Shown one piece after another: positions 1 to 11,290 of a stretch of 64,000 nt of DNA. This DNA comes from Gekko japonicus (lineage: Eukaryota), in assembly GCF_001447785.1 (NCBI RefSeq), contig NW_015160861.1:259411-323410 (forward strand). Reading direction: 5' to 3'. A model generated the notes under the pieces. The model saw only the letters and a list, made by a program, of their open reading frames with translations, was not told the origin of the DNA and searched no databases. How positions within the stretch are numbered: position 1 is the first letter of the stretch; each line of letters opens with the position of its first letter. The translations under genes were made by a program, and so were the position numbers.

Positions 1-350
1 GTTTTTCACTGGAGTGCTCCCTTTGCACATTGTCTTTGACTGTTTGTTATCCCTGAAGGATGCTGGTCTTTCAGTACCTTCTATTAAGGTACATCTGGTG
101 GCCATTTCCACTTATCATGACGGTGTTGATGGTCATGCACTATTTTAATGTAAATTTTCAAAAAAGTTTTTGAAAGGATTAATATGTACCCCTTGGTTTC
201 TTCACCTGTCCCTCAATGGAGCCTTTCTTTGGTACTTTCGGGTTTAATGCTTGAACCTATGGTGACATATGACCTCTCTTTCTTGTCTTACAAGGTGGCA
301 TTTCCACATGCTATTACCACTGCACGTCGGATGGGTGAGCTGAGGGCTCC

Positions 351-625
351 CAGTTTGGTGTAGTGGTTAAAAGCACGGACTCTAATCTGGGAGAAATGGG
401 TTTGATTCCCCACTCCTCCACATGCAGCTGCTGGTGTGACCTTGGGTCAGTCAAAGTTCTTTCAGAGCTGTCCTCTCAAGGGCAGTTTTCAAGAGAGCTC
501 TCTCATCCCTACCTACCTCACACCTACCTATCGTGGGGAGGGGAAGGGAAAGGAGAGTATAAGCTGCTCTGAGACTCCTTTGGGTAGTGAAGGGTGGGGT
601 ATAAATCCAATCTCTTCTCTCTTCT
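351..625 (+). mobile_element. tRNA-derived SINE (Squam3-like)
   Basis: Head GGTGTAGTGGTTAA...GGTTTGATTCCC with A/B-box-like motifs and a TCT-rich tail; homologous copies at ~3521, ~47764 and ~53630. Confidence 0.8.
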
Positions 626-985
626 TTTTCCCCACCGTTTACCAAGTTTCATGGGGATAAAGTTGTGTTATGCACCAAGCTGACTTTTTTAAACCTAAAA
701 TGGTCTTCAGTTTTCATATTTCTCAAGATTGTTTTCTCAGTATTTTTCCCACCCCCCTTTAGCCCAAAGGAATGCACACAGCACACCTTAGATGTCAGAA
801 GGGCTTTGTTATTTTGTTTGGACTGTACTAAGGGATTCTGTCAGTCTGAAATCTCCTCATGTGTTTTACTAGACCACATAAGGAGCATCCGGCCTCTTCT
901 CAGACCATCTCCTGCTGGGTGGTCTCTGCCATCAGATTCACTTTTTCATTGTCTAAGGTTGACTGCCTACTTCCTATTAAAGCTC

Positions 986-1640
986 ATAGAATCATAGAAT
1001 GTTAGCATTGGAAGGGACCTTGCAGGTCATCTAGTCCAACCCCCTGCACTCTGCAGGTGCATAGCCAAAAGATAGCCTTACAACATACCCGAAAGATGGT
1101 CATCCAGCCTCTGCTTGAAAATGTCCAGCGAAGGAGCATCCACCACCTCCCGAGGCAGTCTGTTCCACTGCTCAACCACTCTTACAGCTAGGAAGTTTCT
1201 CCTGATATTTAGCCGGTAATGACTCCCTTGTAATTTCCACCCATTAGATCTAGTCTTGCAATCTGGAGCAAGAGAGAATAGATCTGCTCCACCTTCTACA
1301 TGACAGCCCTTCAAATAGTTGAAGACGGCAATCATATCCCCTCTAAGCCTTCTCTTTCCCAGGCTAAACATACCCAACTCTTTCAGCCTTTCCACGTAAG
1401 ACTTGGATTCCAACCCTCTCACTATCCTGGTTGCCCTCTTCTGGACACGCTCGAGCTTGTCAACATCCTTCCTAAAATGTGGTGCCCAAAACTGGACACA
1501 GTACTCCAGGTGAGGCCTGACCATAGCAGAACAGAGCAAAACTACCACCTCCTGTGATCTGGACACAATGCTTCTGTTAATGCATCCTAAGATTGCATTA
1601 GCTTTCTTTGCAGTCACATCGCACTGCAGATTCATGTTTA
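986..1640 (-). mobile_element. CR1 LINE, 5'-truncated 3' end
   Basis: ORF 1078-1635 ([24 protein letters not shown]) is the CR1 ORF2 C-terminus; the (ATTCTATG)n tail reads CATAGAAT at 986. Confidence 0.95.
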
Positions 1641-2351
1641 GGTCGCACTGGTGAACAACTGCAAGGAAACCATGTGGTCTTCAGCCTCAAAATTCATCAA
1701 ACATTATCCCATCACTGTCCGACCCCAGGAGTGATGTGGCTGTGAGGAAACTGTGCTATAGTTATTGTTTTGCTGAGGATCCCGCACCCTCCTTCTGCGG
1801 TAAGTGAGCTCTCTATTCTTCCATGTGGGACTGCACAGAAGCAATGAAGATGAAAACATGGTTGCACTTACTTGTAACTGTTGTTCATCAAGTGGTCTTC
1901 TGTGCAGGCACACATCCCTCTCTTCTTTCCCCGCTGTGGGATCCTCCACTATGGAGTCCTGCTCTATAGCAGCAAATGGAGGACTGAGGGAAGGAATGCT
2001 CCCCCTGCCTCTGTCATGTGCCAGTTTGAGCAGGAAACTCCAGCTTTTGTTGGAGAGGAGAGGTAGTGCTCCATAGCCTAGAAAGAGCTAGAACCCGTGA
2101 GAATTTTCTCCACAGCTGGCCAGTTCATGTACAGTCTCATGTGTGCCTGCACAGAAGACAACTCAACAGAAAGCAGTTAAAGGTAAGTGCAGCTATGTTT
2201 TCTCCCATTGCATAAAGTCTCCAAGGAAAGTGTTTTTTAAATGTAACATTCCTCTAACCATCAAAGCCAAAAGAAATAGACCAGGGGTAAGATTTGCTTT
2301 ATCTCATATTAACACTTGTATAGGAATTAATATTTAATTTAGATTAACTGA

Positions 2352-2794
2352 GGCCCCTGCCACACGAGGGAGAAAATGCGTGGCCAAAGTGCGGCTTTTG
2401 GAAGCCGCACCAAAATAGACACGCCGCGGCGGGATCACATGGATTCCCTGAGCCGCGGCGCCATTGCTCCCTGGCACAATCAGATGCCGGGGAGGAAGCC
2501 ACAGTCAGAGACTGGGGCAGCCGGCTGCACATGCGTGTGCATGCGAAGTTCGGCCAGGAGCCGGGGATGCGCCGGTAGAAGGACGCGCTGGCGATCCCAC
2601 GGCCGCACTTGCCGCGGCCGTTCAGGTAAGACTACCTCTGTTGCTGGTTCTTTTTTGCTGCGGGTTTTCAGGGGTAGGGACGGATTGGGGACAGGTGTGC
2701 GCCGCTTCCCAGATGTTGCGGTGAGATCGTGCCCGTTTGCTGCACCCCCGATCCATCCCTCTCCCGGGCCAAAACCCTCCGTGTGACCAGGACC
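2352..2794. mobile_element. Non-autonomous TIR element, PIF/Harbinger-like
   Basis: Imperfect TIRs GGCCCCTGCCACACG / CGTGTGACCAGGACC; internal similarity (CGCTTCCCAGATGT) to the copies at 50784 and 54639. Confidence 0.65.
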
Positions 2795-3520
2795 TCAGGT
2801 TTTCTTGATTCATCCAGTATAAAGCCTGGACAAATTTATTTTCCAACTGAATTAATATGTCTTTTTTTTTAGAGCACATATGGTTTCATGTAGTATGATT
2901 GAGTGAATTCATAGTACCATATTAGATTTGTAAAGACTGCCCTTCCCCATTAACCCTATTACTTAACCCTGTTCTTTTCCCTGCACAGATAAATGACTCA
3001 GCATTTTATCCTATCTATATAGTTATTTTTCTGCTTACTTAATTGACTTATTTGCAGCGTTTATAGTCTGCCTTTTTCAAGGAGACTTAAGGCAAATAGT
3101 CAACTAGCAATGAAAGAGCTATCAATAAGAATATCAATATTGACATTTAAATCAGATCAATTTTCACTATCCAGAATAGGTAATAACAGGACCATCTGTA
3201 CAAATCTTTCATAATCATTTAACAAAGGATATTGAAATAATTTTAAATCCATAGTAAAATGTTTACCTATATGCCTTGGAACATAACTTACACTAAATTG
3301 ACTCTTCATGATGCCTGATATCTGCAAGGATGCTACTAGATAATAGTCAGTTTTTTTCTCTATTTGCTCTGTATCCTGAAATTAATCTATAGCTATCCAA
3401 CGTTAGAAAAAGATAAGATGGGGACCTGTGAGGCACCTCATTGTCCCTTGTATCCCCTCCCCACTATTTCTCCTTCCCCTCCTCCTGGCAGCCTCCATAT
3501 CCTTTCCCTTTGTCCTGCCT

Positions 3521-3737
3521 AAGAGTGGCAGGACTCTAATCTGGAGAACCGGGTTTGATTCCCCACTCCTCCACATGCAGCCAGCAGGGTGACCTTGAGT
3601 CATTCACAGTTCTTTGTCAGAGCTCTCTCAGCCCCACCTACCTCAGAAGTGTCTGTTGTGGGGAGGCGAAGGGAAGATGATTGTAAGCCACTCCGAGGCT
3701 CCTCTGGATAGTGAAGGGTGGGGTATAAAACCAACTT
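3521..3737 (+). mobile_element. Squam3-like SINE, slightly 5'-truncated
   Basis: Aligns by eye to 351-625. Confidence 0.75.
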
Positions 3738-4627
3738 TATTATTTATTTAATTCATTTATACTCTATCTTTCTCCCCACTGGGGACCCAGAGCAGCTTAT
3801 ATTGTTCTCATCTCCTCCATTTTATCCTCATGACAAACCTGTGAGGGCTATGAGTGGGTATTCAAAGCTGGGTCTCCTATATCCTAGTTTGATACTCTTA
3901 CACCAAACCAGAACTGCCTTGTAGAAAAACCTGAGTGTGACTGCTAACTGCTTTCACTAGGTATCCCAGAATAAAGACCAGCTATATAGCAAAGCTAATA
4001 AAGACTAGCTAATAAAGGCTAACTAAAGACTAGTTACAGCCCTGCAGTAACATGGAAGCAATCATTCTGTGCTTCCATTGCATGTGACCATATTAATTAT
4101 TGTTACAAGTTGTCCATATACTAAGAACTGTAAGAGCGGCATAGGACAGCATCACTGGCAGTAGCTGTCTGGTGGTCTCTCATGGCATTCCTCCCTGATT
4201 CTGAGATTTAGAGCAGAACTGCACTAGTTGTTTACAAGGGTCACTGCCAGTCCAAGTCATCCCTCATACATCCTAGCCTAGGACTTCAGATAGCTTTATT
4301 GTTGCTGGTCTAACTATTACCTCTGAGCTGCTCTTAACTTCTCCATCAGTCTTTGTATATAAAGATATGGCACCATCTCTGTCCTCTACAGGGAGAACAT
4401 GGTGGGTGTATGTTCTTACAAGATTGCCACAGTAATTAGTTCAATAAATAGAAAACGTGAGGTTTCCCTGCTGGGTGACTAAGTTAGAATAAAAGTGCAC
4501 AAGGGAGGGTGAAGTCAGATATTACCTCTCCAACTTAAAATTAAAACAATTGATCAATTGGCTCTACTGGAATTAATGCAAAAACAAATGCAGCTACAAA
4601 ATAAAACGTAAAATGTAACAAACTTGA

Positions 4628-5027
4628 AGTCAAGCTTTAGTTTCGTTTCACCTTGTTCCACTTCACTGCTTGCCATAATTTAGAGGGGAGGGAATTCCTG
4701 AGGGGAGTGCATGGGTGTTTTGCGTGGATGCCTGTAGAAGCCATAACTTTCCTTAAGACTGTGCCCCACTGCTGGTTCCCAGGGGAGCTGGCCTTGAAGA
4801 CTCTTTTACCAGACCTGGTTATAGATAAAGCACCGTATAGCTGTCAGGGTGCAGTAGCAACTGTATGCAAGAGGTGTGGGGTGCATTTTGTATTATCTAT
4901 AATAGAATTTTTTGCATGCATTTTTCTCAGTTCTGACACGGAACCTGTTTCCTAAAGTAAGCATATCTCAATAAACTACCACTGCTTAAGTGTGTTGTGG
5001 AGAGTGTCTTAACTGGGAGACCTAATG
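4628..5027 (+). repeat. 5' LTR of Gypsy element 1
   Basis: Direct repeat of 13271-13666; TATAAT at ~4898, Inr TCAGTTC at ~4927, AATAAA at ~4970. Confidence 0.9.
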
Positions 5028-5078
5028 GAGTGTCAGAACTCCTGAATTACTCTTCACCCGAGACCCCAAAATTATGGC

Positions 5079-6431
5079 ATGGGGAATGGAGATGAAGAAT
5101 ACTGGGTGAGCACAAGCACTGGGTCCAAGCCTGAGAACCCCGCACTTGATCCTGACAGGAAGGGAGACAATAAGACTATGGGCACCAAGCCAAAGAAGCA
5201 CATCCTCTTCAAACCCCCCAAACGTTGGGACAGCCCTGATCATTGGGAAGACCCACTGTGGCTGGTGAACACACCTGGCTTCCATTGGGCCCGCGGACAT
5301 TCCGATTGGGAAGGACAGAAAGCTTCCTGCACCTTCCACAATGACCCCAAATTGGGCAAGCTAATGGAGGAATGGGAGAAAGACTCGGGAGGTGACCAGG
5401 GCCAATCAGGCCTATGGGCAGAGGTGAAACAGCTGAAAGAGGGGCTGCAGTTCCTGATCAAGAACCTCCCTAAGGTAGTGGAGTTGATGGTGAAAAAAGA
5501 GTCTGAAGAGTTGGGTGGAGAGGCCGCAGTGGAAGAGCCAGAGAGACCTCCACCCACAAGGAGAGGAGGTGACTCCTAGTAGGAGTGGCCTCAAGATACC
5601 CTGGAAGCCACATTTGACAGCAGCCCAGGAAGCTGGCTTTCTTTGCTATTCAGGTCTGGAAGATGCTCAGTGAGTGGGGCCACACCTTTGCCTCTGATGA
5701 GCAGCGCATAGACTACATGGGACTGAGGCACTACAACTGGGCCGTGGACTGGTTCATGGGGCTCTACAATGTTGGTGCCCCAGAACTGCGAGATGTGGAT
5801 GCCTTCATGCAAGCCTTACACCACCAGTTCAAAGACCCACTCGAACGGGAGAAAGCCTGCACTCACCTTCGTGGGTTGCACCAGGGAACTCAGTTGGTGC
5901 AGGAATACTCTGACGAGTTCAAAGCCACCGCCGCCAAGCTACAGGGCTGGCCAGAAGAGGTGCTGATTGAGTTTTACTGAGCTGGGCTGAATACCGTCAT
6001 TCTTGAGAAGGCATTAGCCCGACAACCCCCTGACATGGGGGGGGGGGTGGATTCAAGTAGCCTGCAAGGCTGAGAATCGGCACAACCCGGTGAGGCTCTA
6101 CCAATACTGAGTGCCTAGCTGAGGTACGGGGAACCAGAAGGTGACTTGGGGCAGGGAATCGCTGCCCGATGGGGACCAAGAGCATCATTTGCAGAAAGGC
6201 CTGTGCCTGCGGTGCAGGAAGGCTGGGCACTTCGCTGCCAAGTGTTCAAGACCCCGAAGCAAGTAGCAAGAGCATCATGAGGATTACAAGGAGAAGAAAC
6301 CAATGTCGTCAGGGAAGAGGTCAAAATCTCCCAAAGCCCTGCAAGCTGCGGAGTTTGGCACCTTGGAAAGTACTCCTTCCAGTGACTTTGAGGGGCCCCA
6401 GGGGGCGGGGAAAGGCCAGGACCTGTTGTGA
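5079..6431 (+). pseudogene. gag remnant (retrotransposon gag plus CCHC zinc knuckle)
   Basis: ORF 5663-5980 (QGTQLVQEYSDEF); KGLCLRCRKAGHFAAKC at ~6195-6245; stops and frameshifts present. Confidence 0.85.
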
Positions 6432-6777
6432 AGGGTGCCAACCAGCAGGTCCAAAGGTTCCTGGTGCGAGAATCAGTGAGACCCTCTTCTTCCCCTTTTC
6501 TTTGTGACTGCCGTAGTGCTTAACCCTAAGGAGGGGACCCATATCCAAGTTCGAGCCCTTATAGACTCCAGGTGTACAAGAGACTTAATAAGTCCCACCC
6601 TGGTCGTGGGGTTGGGGGTTAAGATGCACAAAATAAAAGAACCAGTTGTGTTCACCCAGTGGTTCCCCAATGCAAGCATGCCAGTATCGCATGGTCCACT
6701 TGCGGATGGGGGTGTTGGAACATTGGGAACTGAGATCATTCATAGTGCACCCATCAGTGCAATTCCCTGTGGTGCTA

Positions 6778-7942
6778 TGTTAGCCTAATTGCTCTGATTT
6801 CTTATCAATTATTGGGGAATATGAGTTATTTATAAATAGCGATTGGCATAAGGGAGTGATCACCTTTATATACAGAGGTCCCGCCTTCCCAGAGTACCAG
6901 TAACAGACATGCAGGATGGAGTTAGTTAAAATAAATGTCTTTTACTGTAGTTTCAGCACATTCAAACAATTCACAAACACACACACAATTATACAGACCT
7001 AGGAAACTCTGATTGGGGTAGCACATTTGCATTAGCAGGAGATTCGTTGGTTTGGCGATATGTTACCTGTTCCTGAAGAGATGAAGTCTTCCAAATGGAA
7101 AAATAAGGGAATTCTAGAAAAATGGGGATTATGCTAGCAAAAGGGAGCATGCAGACTGAACCAGCAGAAAGCATGTGGAGACTCTGGCTGCAGTTTCAGA
7201 GTCTTGAGGTAAGGTAGGTGGCAAGGTAGCCACAAGTTCAAGAGGCAGAGAGTATAGAGGTCATTGAGGGGGTAGAGAGAGAGAGCGTGCATTTCTGCAT
7301 GTCACCTTTTATAAGGTGACCTTAGGAGGAGGGCTTAGCAGGTCCCCTCCCTTGGGGTGACATAGGGGAGAGGTCTTGCTGGACACCTCCCTTGAGACAG
7401 CCCCTCTGTGGTCCGTTCCAAGAAGTCACACATGCAGTGGAGGAAGGGGGTCTAGGTTGGGCAATATTGAATGTTAATTAATCTGGTAACAGAGACACCT
7501 GGATGGCATGATGAGTCATCATTTATCACTGATTGCTCTCTTTGTTTTGAGGCTGCAGGAACTGGTTCCTCCAGGTGGACAGGCAAGCCACTCCTTTTGA
7601 TAAGGGACTGTGGAAGATGTTCCTTTGCGTGTGCTTTACAGCAATGGAGATTTTGGGGGGGAGGAACATGTCAGCCTTCTGAAACAGAGTCACTTAATGG
7701 TGTTGTGACTCCATTGTTTTAACCAGCAATTGTAAGCTGGCTGCTTGTGTAGTGCTTGTGGTGTTTATAGGAAAGTCTCTGGAACAGGGCAACCTCTTGG
7801 AAACCATGGGCACATCATCTCAGGCATCTGCTGGTGTGTGTGTCTGGCATCTCACTCTGGTTACCTGGCATCATAGTCCTTTTACACCCTAGTGCACAAT
7901 TCATAGTCCATAAGGGAGCAAAAAGCTCCTTGCTGGCTAACA
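6778..7942 (-). mobile_element. Solo LTR (~1.17 kb) nested in the protease region
   Basis: Ends TGTTAGCC...GGCTAACA; 4-bp TSD GCTA (6774-6777 / 7943-7946); removing it restores FPVVLGSQWLQAHDP. Strand inferred from a TATAAAAG on the minus strand at ~7307-7314. Confidence 0.88.
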
Positions 7943-9019
7943 GCTAGGCAGTCAGTGGCTGCAAGCCCATGACCCCTACGTGCAGTGGAGCATGGGGAGC
8001 CCTTACTTTTCTAGACCCTAAATGTAAGAACACTTATGGCCATCGGAATGGGGGGAGGAGCCCCACCCTGCACCCGAGCGCATTTGCCTGGCATTGGAGG
8101 AGCTGAACGACATTCTCGCTGAGTACAGAGACTTGGCTCGGGCGTTTGAGGAGAGGGAGGGGGATGAATTACCTCCCCACTGTAATCCTGACTGTGCAAT
8201 TGAAATATTGTCAAGCCATAAGGTACCCAAGGGAAAGTTATATGCTATGAGCATGAGCCCTGTGGAAAAGGAGGAACTGCAGAGGTTCATAGACAAAAAC
8301 CTGGACCAGGGGTTCATTAGACCCACTACCTCCCCCTTTGCTGCACCACCAGAAAAAAAAAGAATGGGGGCTTAAGACTGTATATGGACTATAGAAGTTT
8401 GAATGTGTTGTCCATGTCTAACGCCTACCCCCTCCCCCTCATTACGGATTTGCTGGCAGAGGCTTCTCTGGGGAAAATTTCACTAAGTTGGATTTGCGAG
8501 ATGCCTACTTCAGAGTGCACATAAGAGAGGGGGATGAGTACAAGACTGCTTTTAACGCTCCGCTGAGTCAGTTTGAATACCTGGTCATGCCATTTGGATT
8601 GGCGGGGGGCCCTGGAGTGTTCATGAACTTGATCAATGAAGTTTTACACAAACACTTGTTCAAAGGGGTGGTTGTTTACTCGATGACATGTTAATATATT
8701 CACAAGACAAGGAGTCACATGTAAAGTTGGTGAGAGAAGTCCTTACTGCCCTGTACATGAATCACCTCTGTGCTAAGTTATTTAAGTGTGAATTTCATAA
8801 GGAGGAGATGGACTTCCTGGGATACCACATTACAAGGGAGGGACTGGGGATGGATCCCAAGAAAATATAGGATGTGGTAGGGTGGGAATTTGCGAATTTC
8901 TACCACCCTTTCATCCTGAACTATGCCCAGTCACCCTCCCAATCACCAATTTGCTGAAAACTAAAGGAAAAGCCCCTGAGAGTAAAAAGGGTGGCTGTAT
9001 GTTGGAGTGGTCCCCAGAG

Positions 9020-9218
9020 TAATGTTCCCTCTAAGCTGTGGAGTCTTGTGAGCAAGAATTCTTCTTTGTGAGCTACTGGCATTAAAGTTGTGAGCGAGCA
9101 ATTTGACTACTGCATAAATTAGTCTGCTCTGGAGCCATTCTGCCTGAGCTAGGACAAAAATGTGTGAGCCGGAGGCTAAAAAACTGTGAGCTAGCTCACA
9201 CTAACTCGGCTTAGAGGG
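9020..9218. mobile_element. hAT-like MITE running into the gap
   Basis: AATGTTCCCTCTAAG...CTTAGAGGG termini; same family as 51835-52039. Confidence 0.8.
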
Positions 9219-9528
9219 NNNNNNNNNNNNNNNNNNNNNNNNNNNNNNNNNNNNNNNNNNNNNNNNNNNNNNNNNNNNNNNNNNNNNNNNNNNNNNNNNN
9301 NNNNNNNNNNNNNNNNNNNNNNNNNNNNNNNNNNNNNNNNNNNNNNNNNNNNNNNNNNNNNNNNNNNNNNNNNNNNNNNNNNNNNNNNNNNNNNNNNNNN
9401 NNNNNNNNNNNNNNNNNNNNNNNNNNNNNNNNNNNNNNNNNNNNNNNNNNNNNNNNNNNNNNNNNNNNNNNNNNNNNNNNNNNNNNNNNNNNNNNNNNNN
9501 NNNNNNNNNNNNNNNNNNNNNNNNNNNN
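9219..9528. other. Assembly gap
   Basis: Run of N. Confidence 1.
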
Positions 9529-11290
9529 CTGGCTGTCCCCTTTTATGAGGGAGGCTTGGAAGGTTGGGCCAGGCTGGCCACATGTCCTAGTCACATGTCT
9601 CTTGGGGATGGCTTAAGATGGTCACATGTCTTGGCCCACCTCCTCTGGGGTGTCACAGGGGGAAGGCTTGCTGGACCCCTCCCAGAATACAACCCCTCTG
9701 TGGTCTGTTCCAAAAAGTCATGTATGCAGTGGAGTAAGGGGTCTAGATTGGGTAATTTGGATGTTAATTAAGCTGGTAACAGAGACACCTGGATGGACGT
9801 TAACACTAGTTGTCCTCTTTGTCTAGAGACTGCCAAAACCGATTCTTCCATGTGGGCAGCCGAGCCAATCCTTTTGTTTAAGGGATTGTGGAAGATGTTC
9901 CTTTGTGTAGGCTTTGCAGCAATGAAGATGTTGGGGGAGGGAAACATGTCAGCTTTCTTGAAACAGAGTCACTTAATGGCGTTGTGACTCCATTGCTTAG
10001 CTAGCAATGGCAAGCTGGCTGCTAGTGTAGTGCTTATGGTGTGTATAGGAAAAGTCTCTGGAGCAGCACAGCCTCTTGGAAACCATAGACACATCATCTC
10101 AGGCATCTGCTGGTGTGTGTTTCTGGCATCTCACTCTGGTTACCTGGCATAGTCCTTTTGCACTCTGGTGCACAGTTTATAGTTCATAAGGGAGCAAAAA
10201 GCTCCTTGCTGGCTAACAGCTAGGCAGTCAGTGGCTGCAAGCCCATGACCCCTACGTGCAGTGGAGCATGGGGAGCCCTTACTTTTCTAGACCCTAAATG
10301 TAAGAACACTTATGGCCATCGGAATGGGGGGAGGAGCCCCACCCTGCACCCGAGCGCATTTGCCTGGCATTGGAGGAGCTGAACGACATTCTCGCTGAGT
10401 ACAGAGACTTGGCTCGGGCGTTTGAGGAGAGGGAGGGGGATGAATTACCTCCCCACTGTAATCCTGACTGTGCAATTGAAATATTGTCAAGCCATAAGGT
10501 ACCCAAGGGAAAGTTATATGCTATGAGCCCTGTGGAAAAGGAGGAACTGCAGAGGTTCATAGACAAAAACCTGGACCAGGGGTTCATTAGACCCACTACC
10601 TCCCCCTTTGCTGCACCACCAGAAAAAAAAAGAATGGGGGCTTAAGACTGTATATGGACTATAGAAGTTTGAATGTGTTGTCCATGTCTAACGCCTACCC
10701 CCTCCCCCTCATTACGGATTTGCTGGCAGAGGCTTCTCTGGGGAAAATTTCACTAAGTTGGATTTGCGAGATGCCTACTTCAGAGTGCACATAAGAGAGG
10801 GGGATGAGTACAAGACTGCTTTTAACGCTCCGCTGAGTCAGTTTGAATACCTGGTCATGCCATTTGGATTGGCGGGGGGCCCTGGAGTGTTCATGAACTT
10901 GATCAATGAAGTTTTACACAAACACTTGTTCAAAGGGGTGGTTGTTTACTCGATGACATGTTAATATATTCACAAGACAAGGAGTCACATGTAAAGTTGG
11001 TGAGAGAAGTCCTTACTGCCCTGTACATGAATCACCTCTGTGCTAAGTTATTTAAGTGTGAATTTCATAAGGAGGAGATGGACTTCCTGGGATACCACAT
11101 TACAAGGGAGGGACTGGGGATGGATCCCAAGAAAATATAGGATGTGGTAGGGTGGGAATTTGCGAATTTCTACCACCCTTTCATCCTGAACTATGCCCAG
11201 TCACCCTCCCAATCACCAATTTGCTGAAAACTAAAGGAAAAGCCCCTGAGAGTAAAAAGGGCGGCTGTATGTTGGAGTGGTCCCCAGAGT
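9529..11290 (+). repeat. Second copy of the nested-LTR end plus the pol segment 7943-9020
   Basis: 10219-11290 is near-identical to 7943-9020; 9529-10218 is a diverged version of the nested LTR end. Confidence 0.9.

Larger units (their letters stand above)
1..2202 (+). mobile_element. DIRS-type tyrosine-recombinase retrotransposon, 3' part (decayed YR ORF, ICR, right ITR), interrupted by a SINE and a CR1
   Basis: Frameshifted YR peptides: PVPQWSLSLVL, AITTARRMGELRA (~310-348), HTLDVRRALL (ORF 665-997), LPIKAH (~970-988), WSSASKFIKHY (~1675-1707). Segment 1852-1915 is the reverse complement of 2139-2202, the ICR/ITR architecture of DIRS. Confidence 0.88.

Noticed and set aside
351-420. tRNA gene
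   Set aside because: The tRNA-like head continues into a multicopy SINE body, with no complete cloverleaf.
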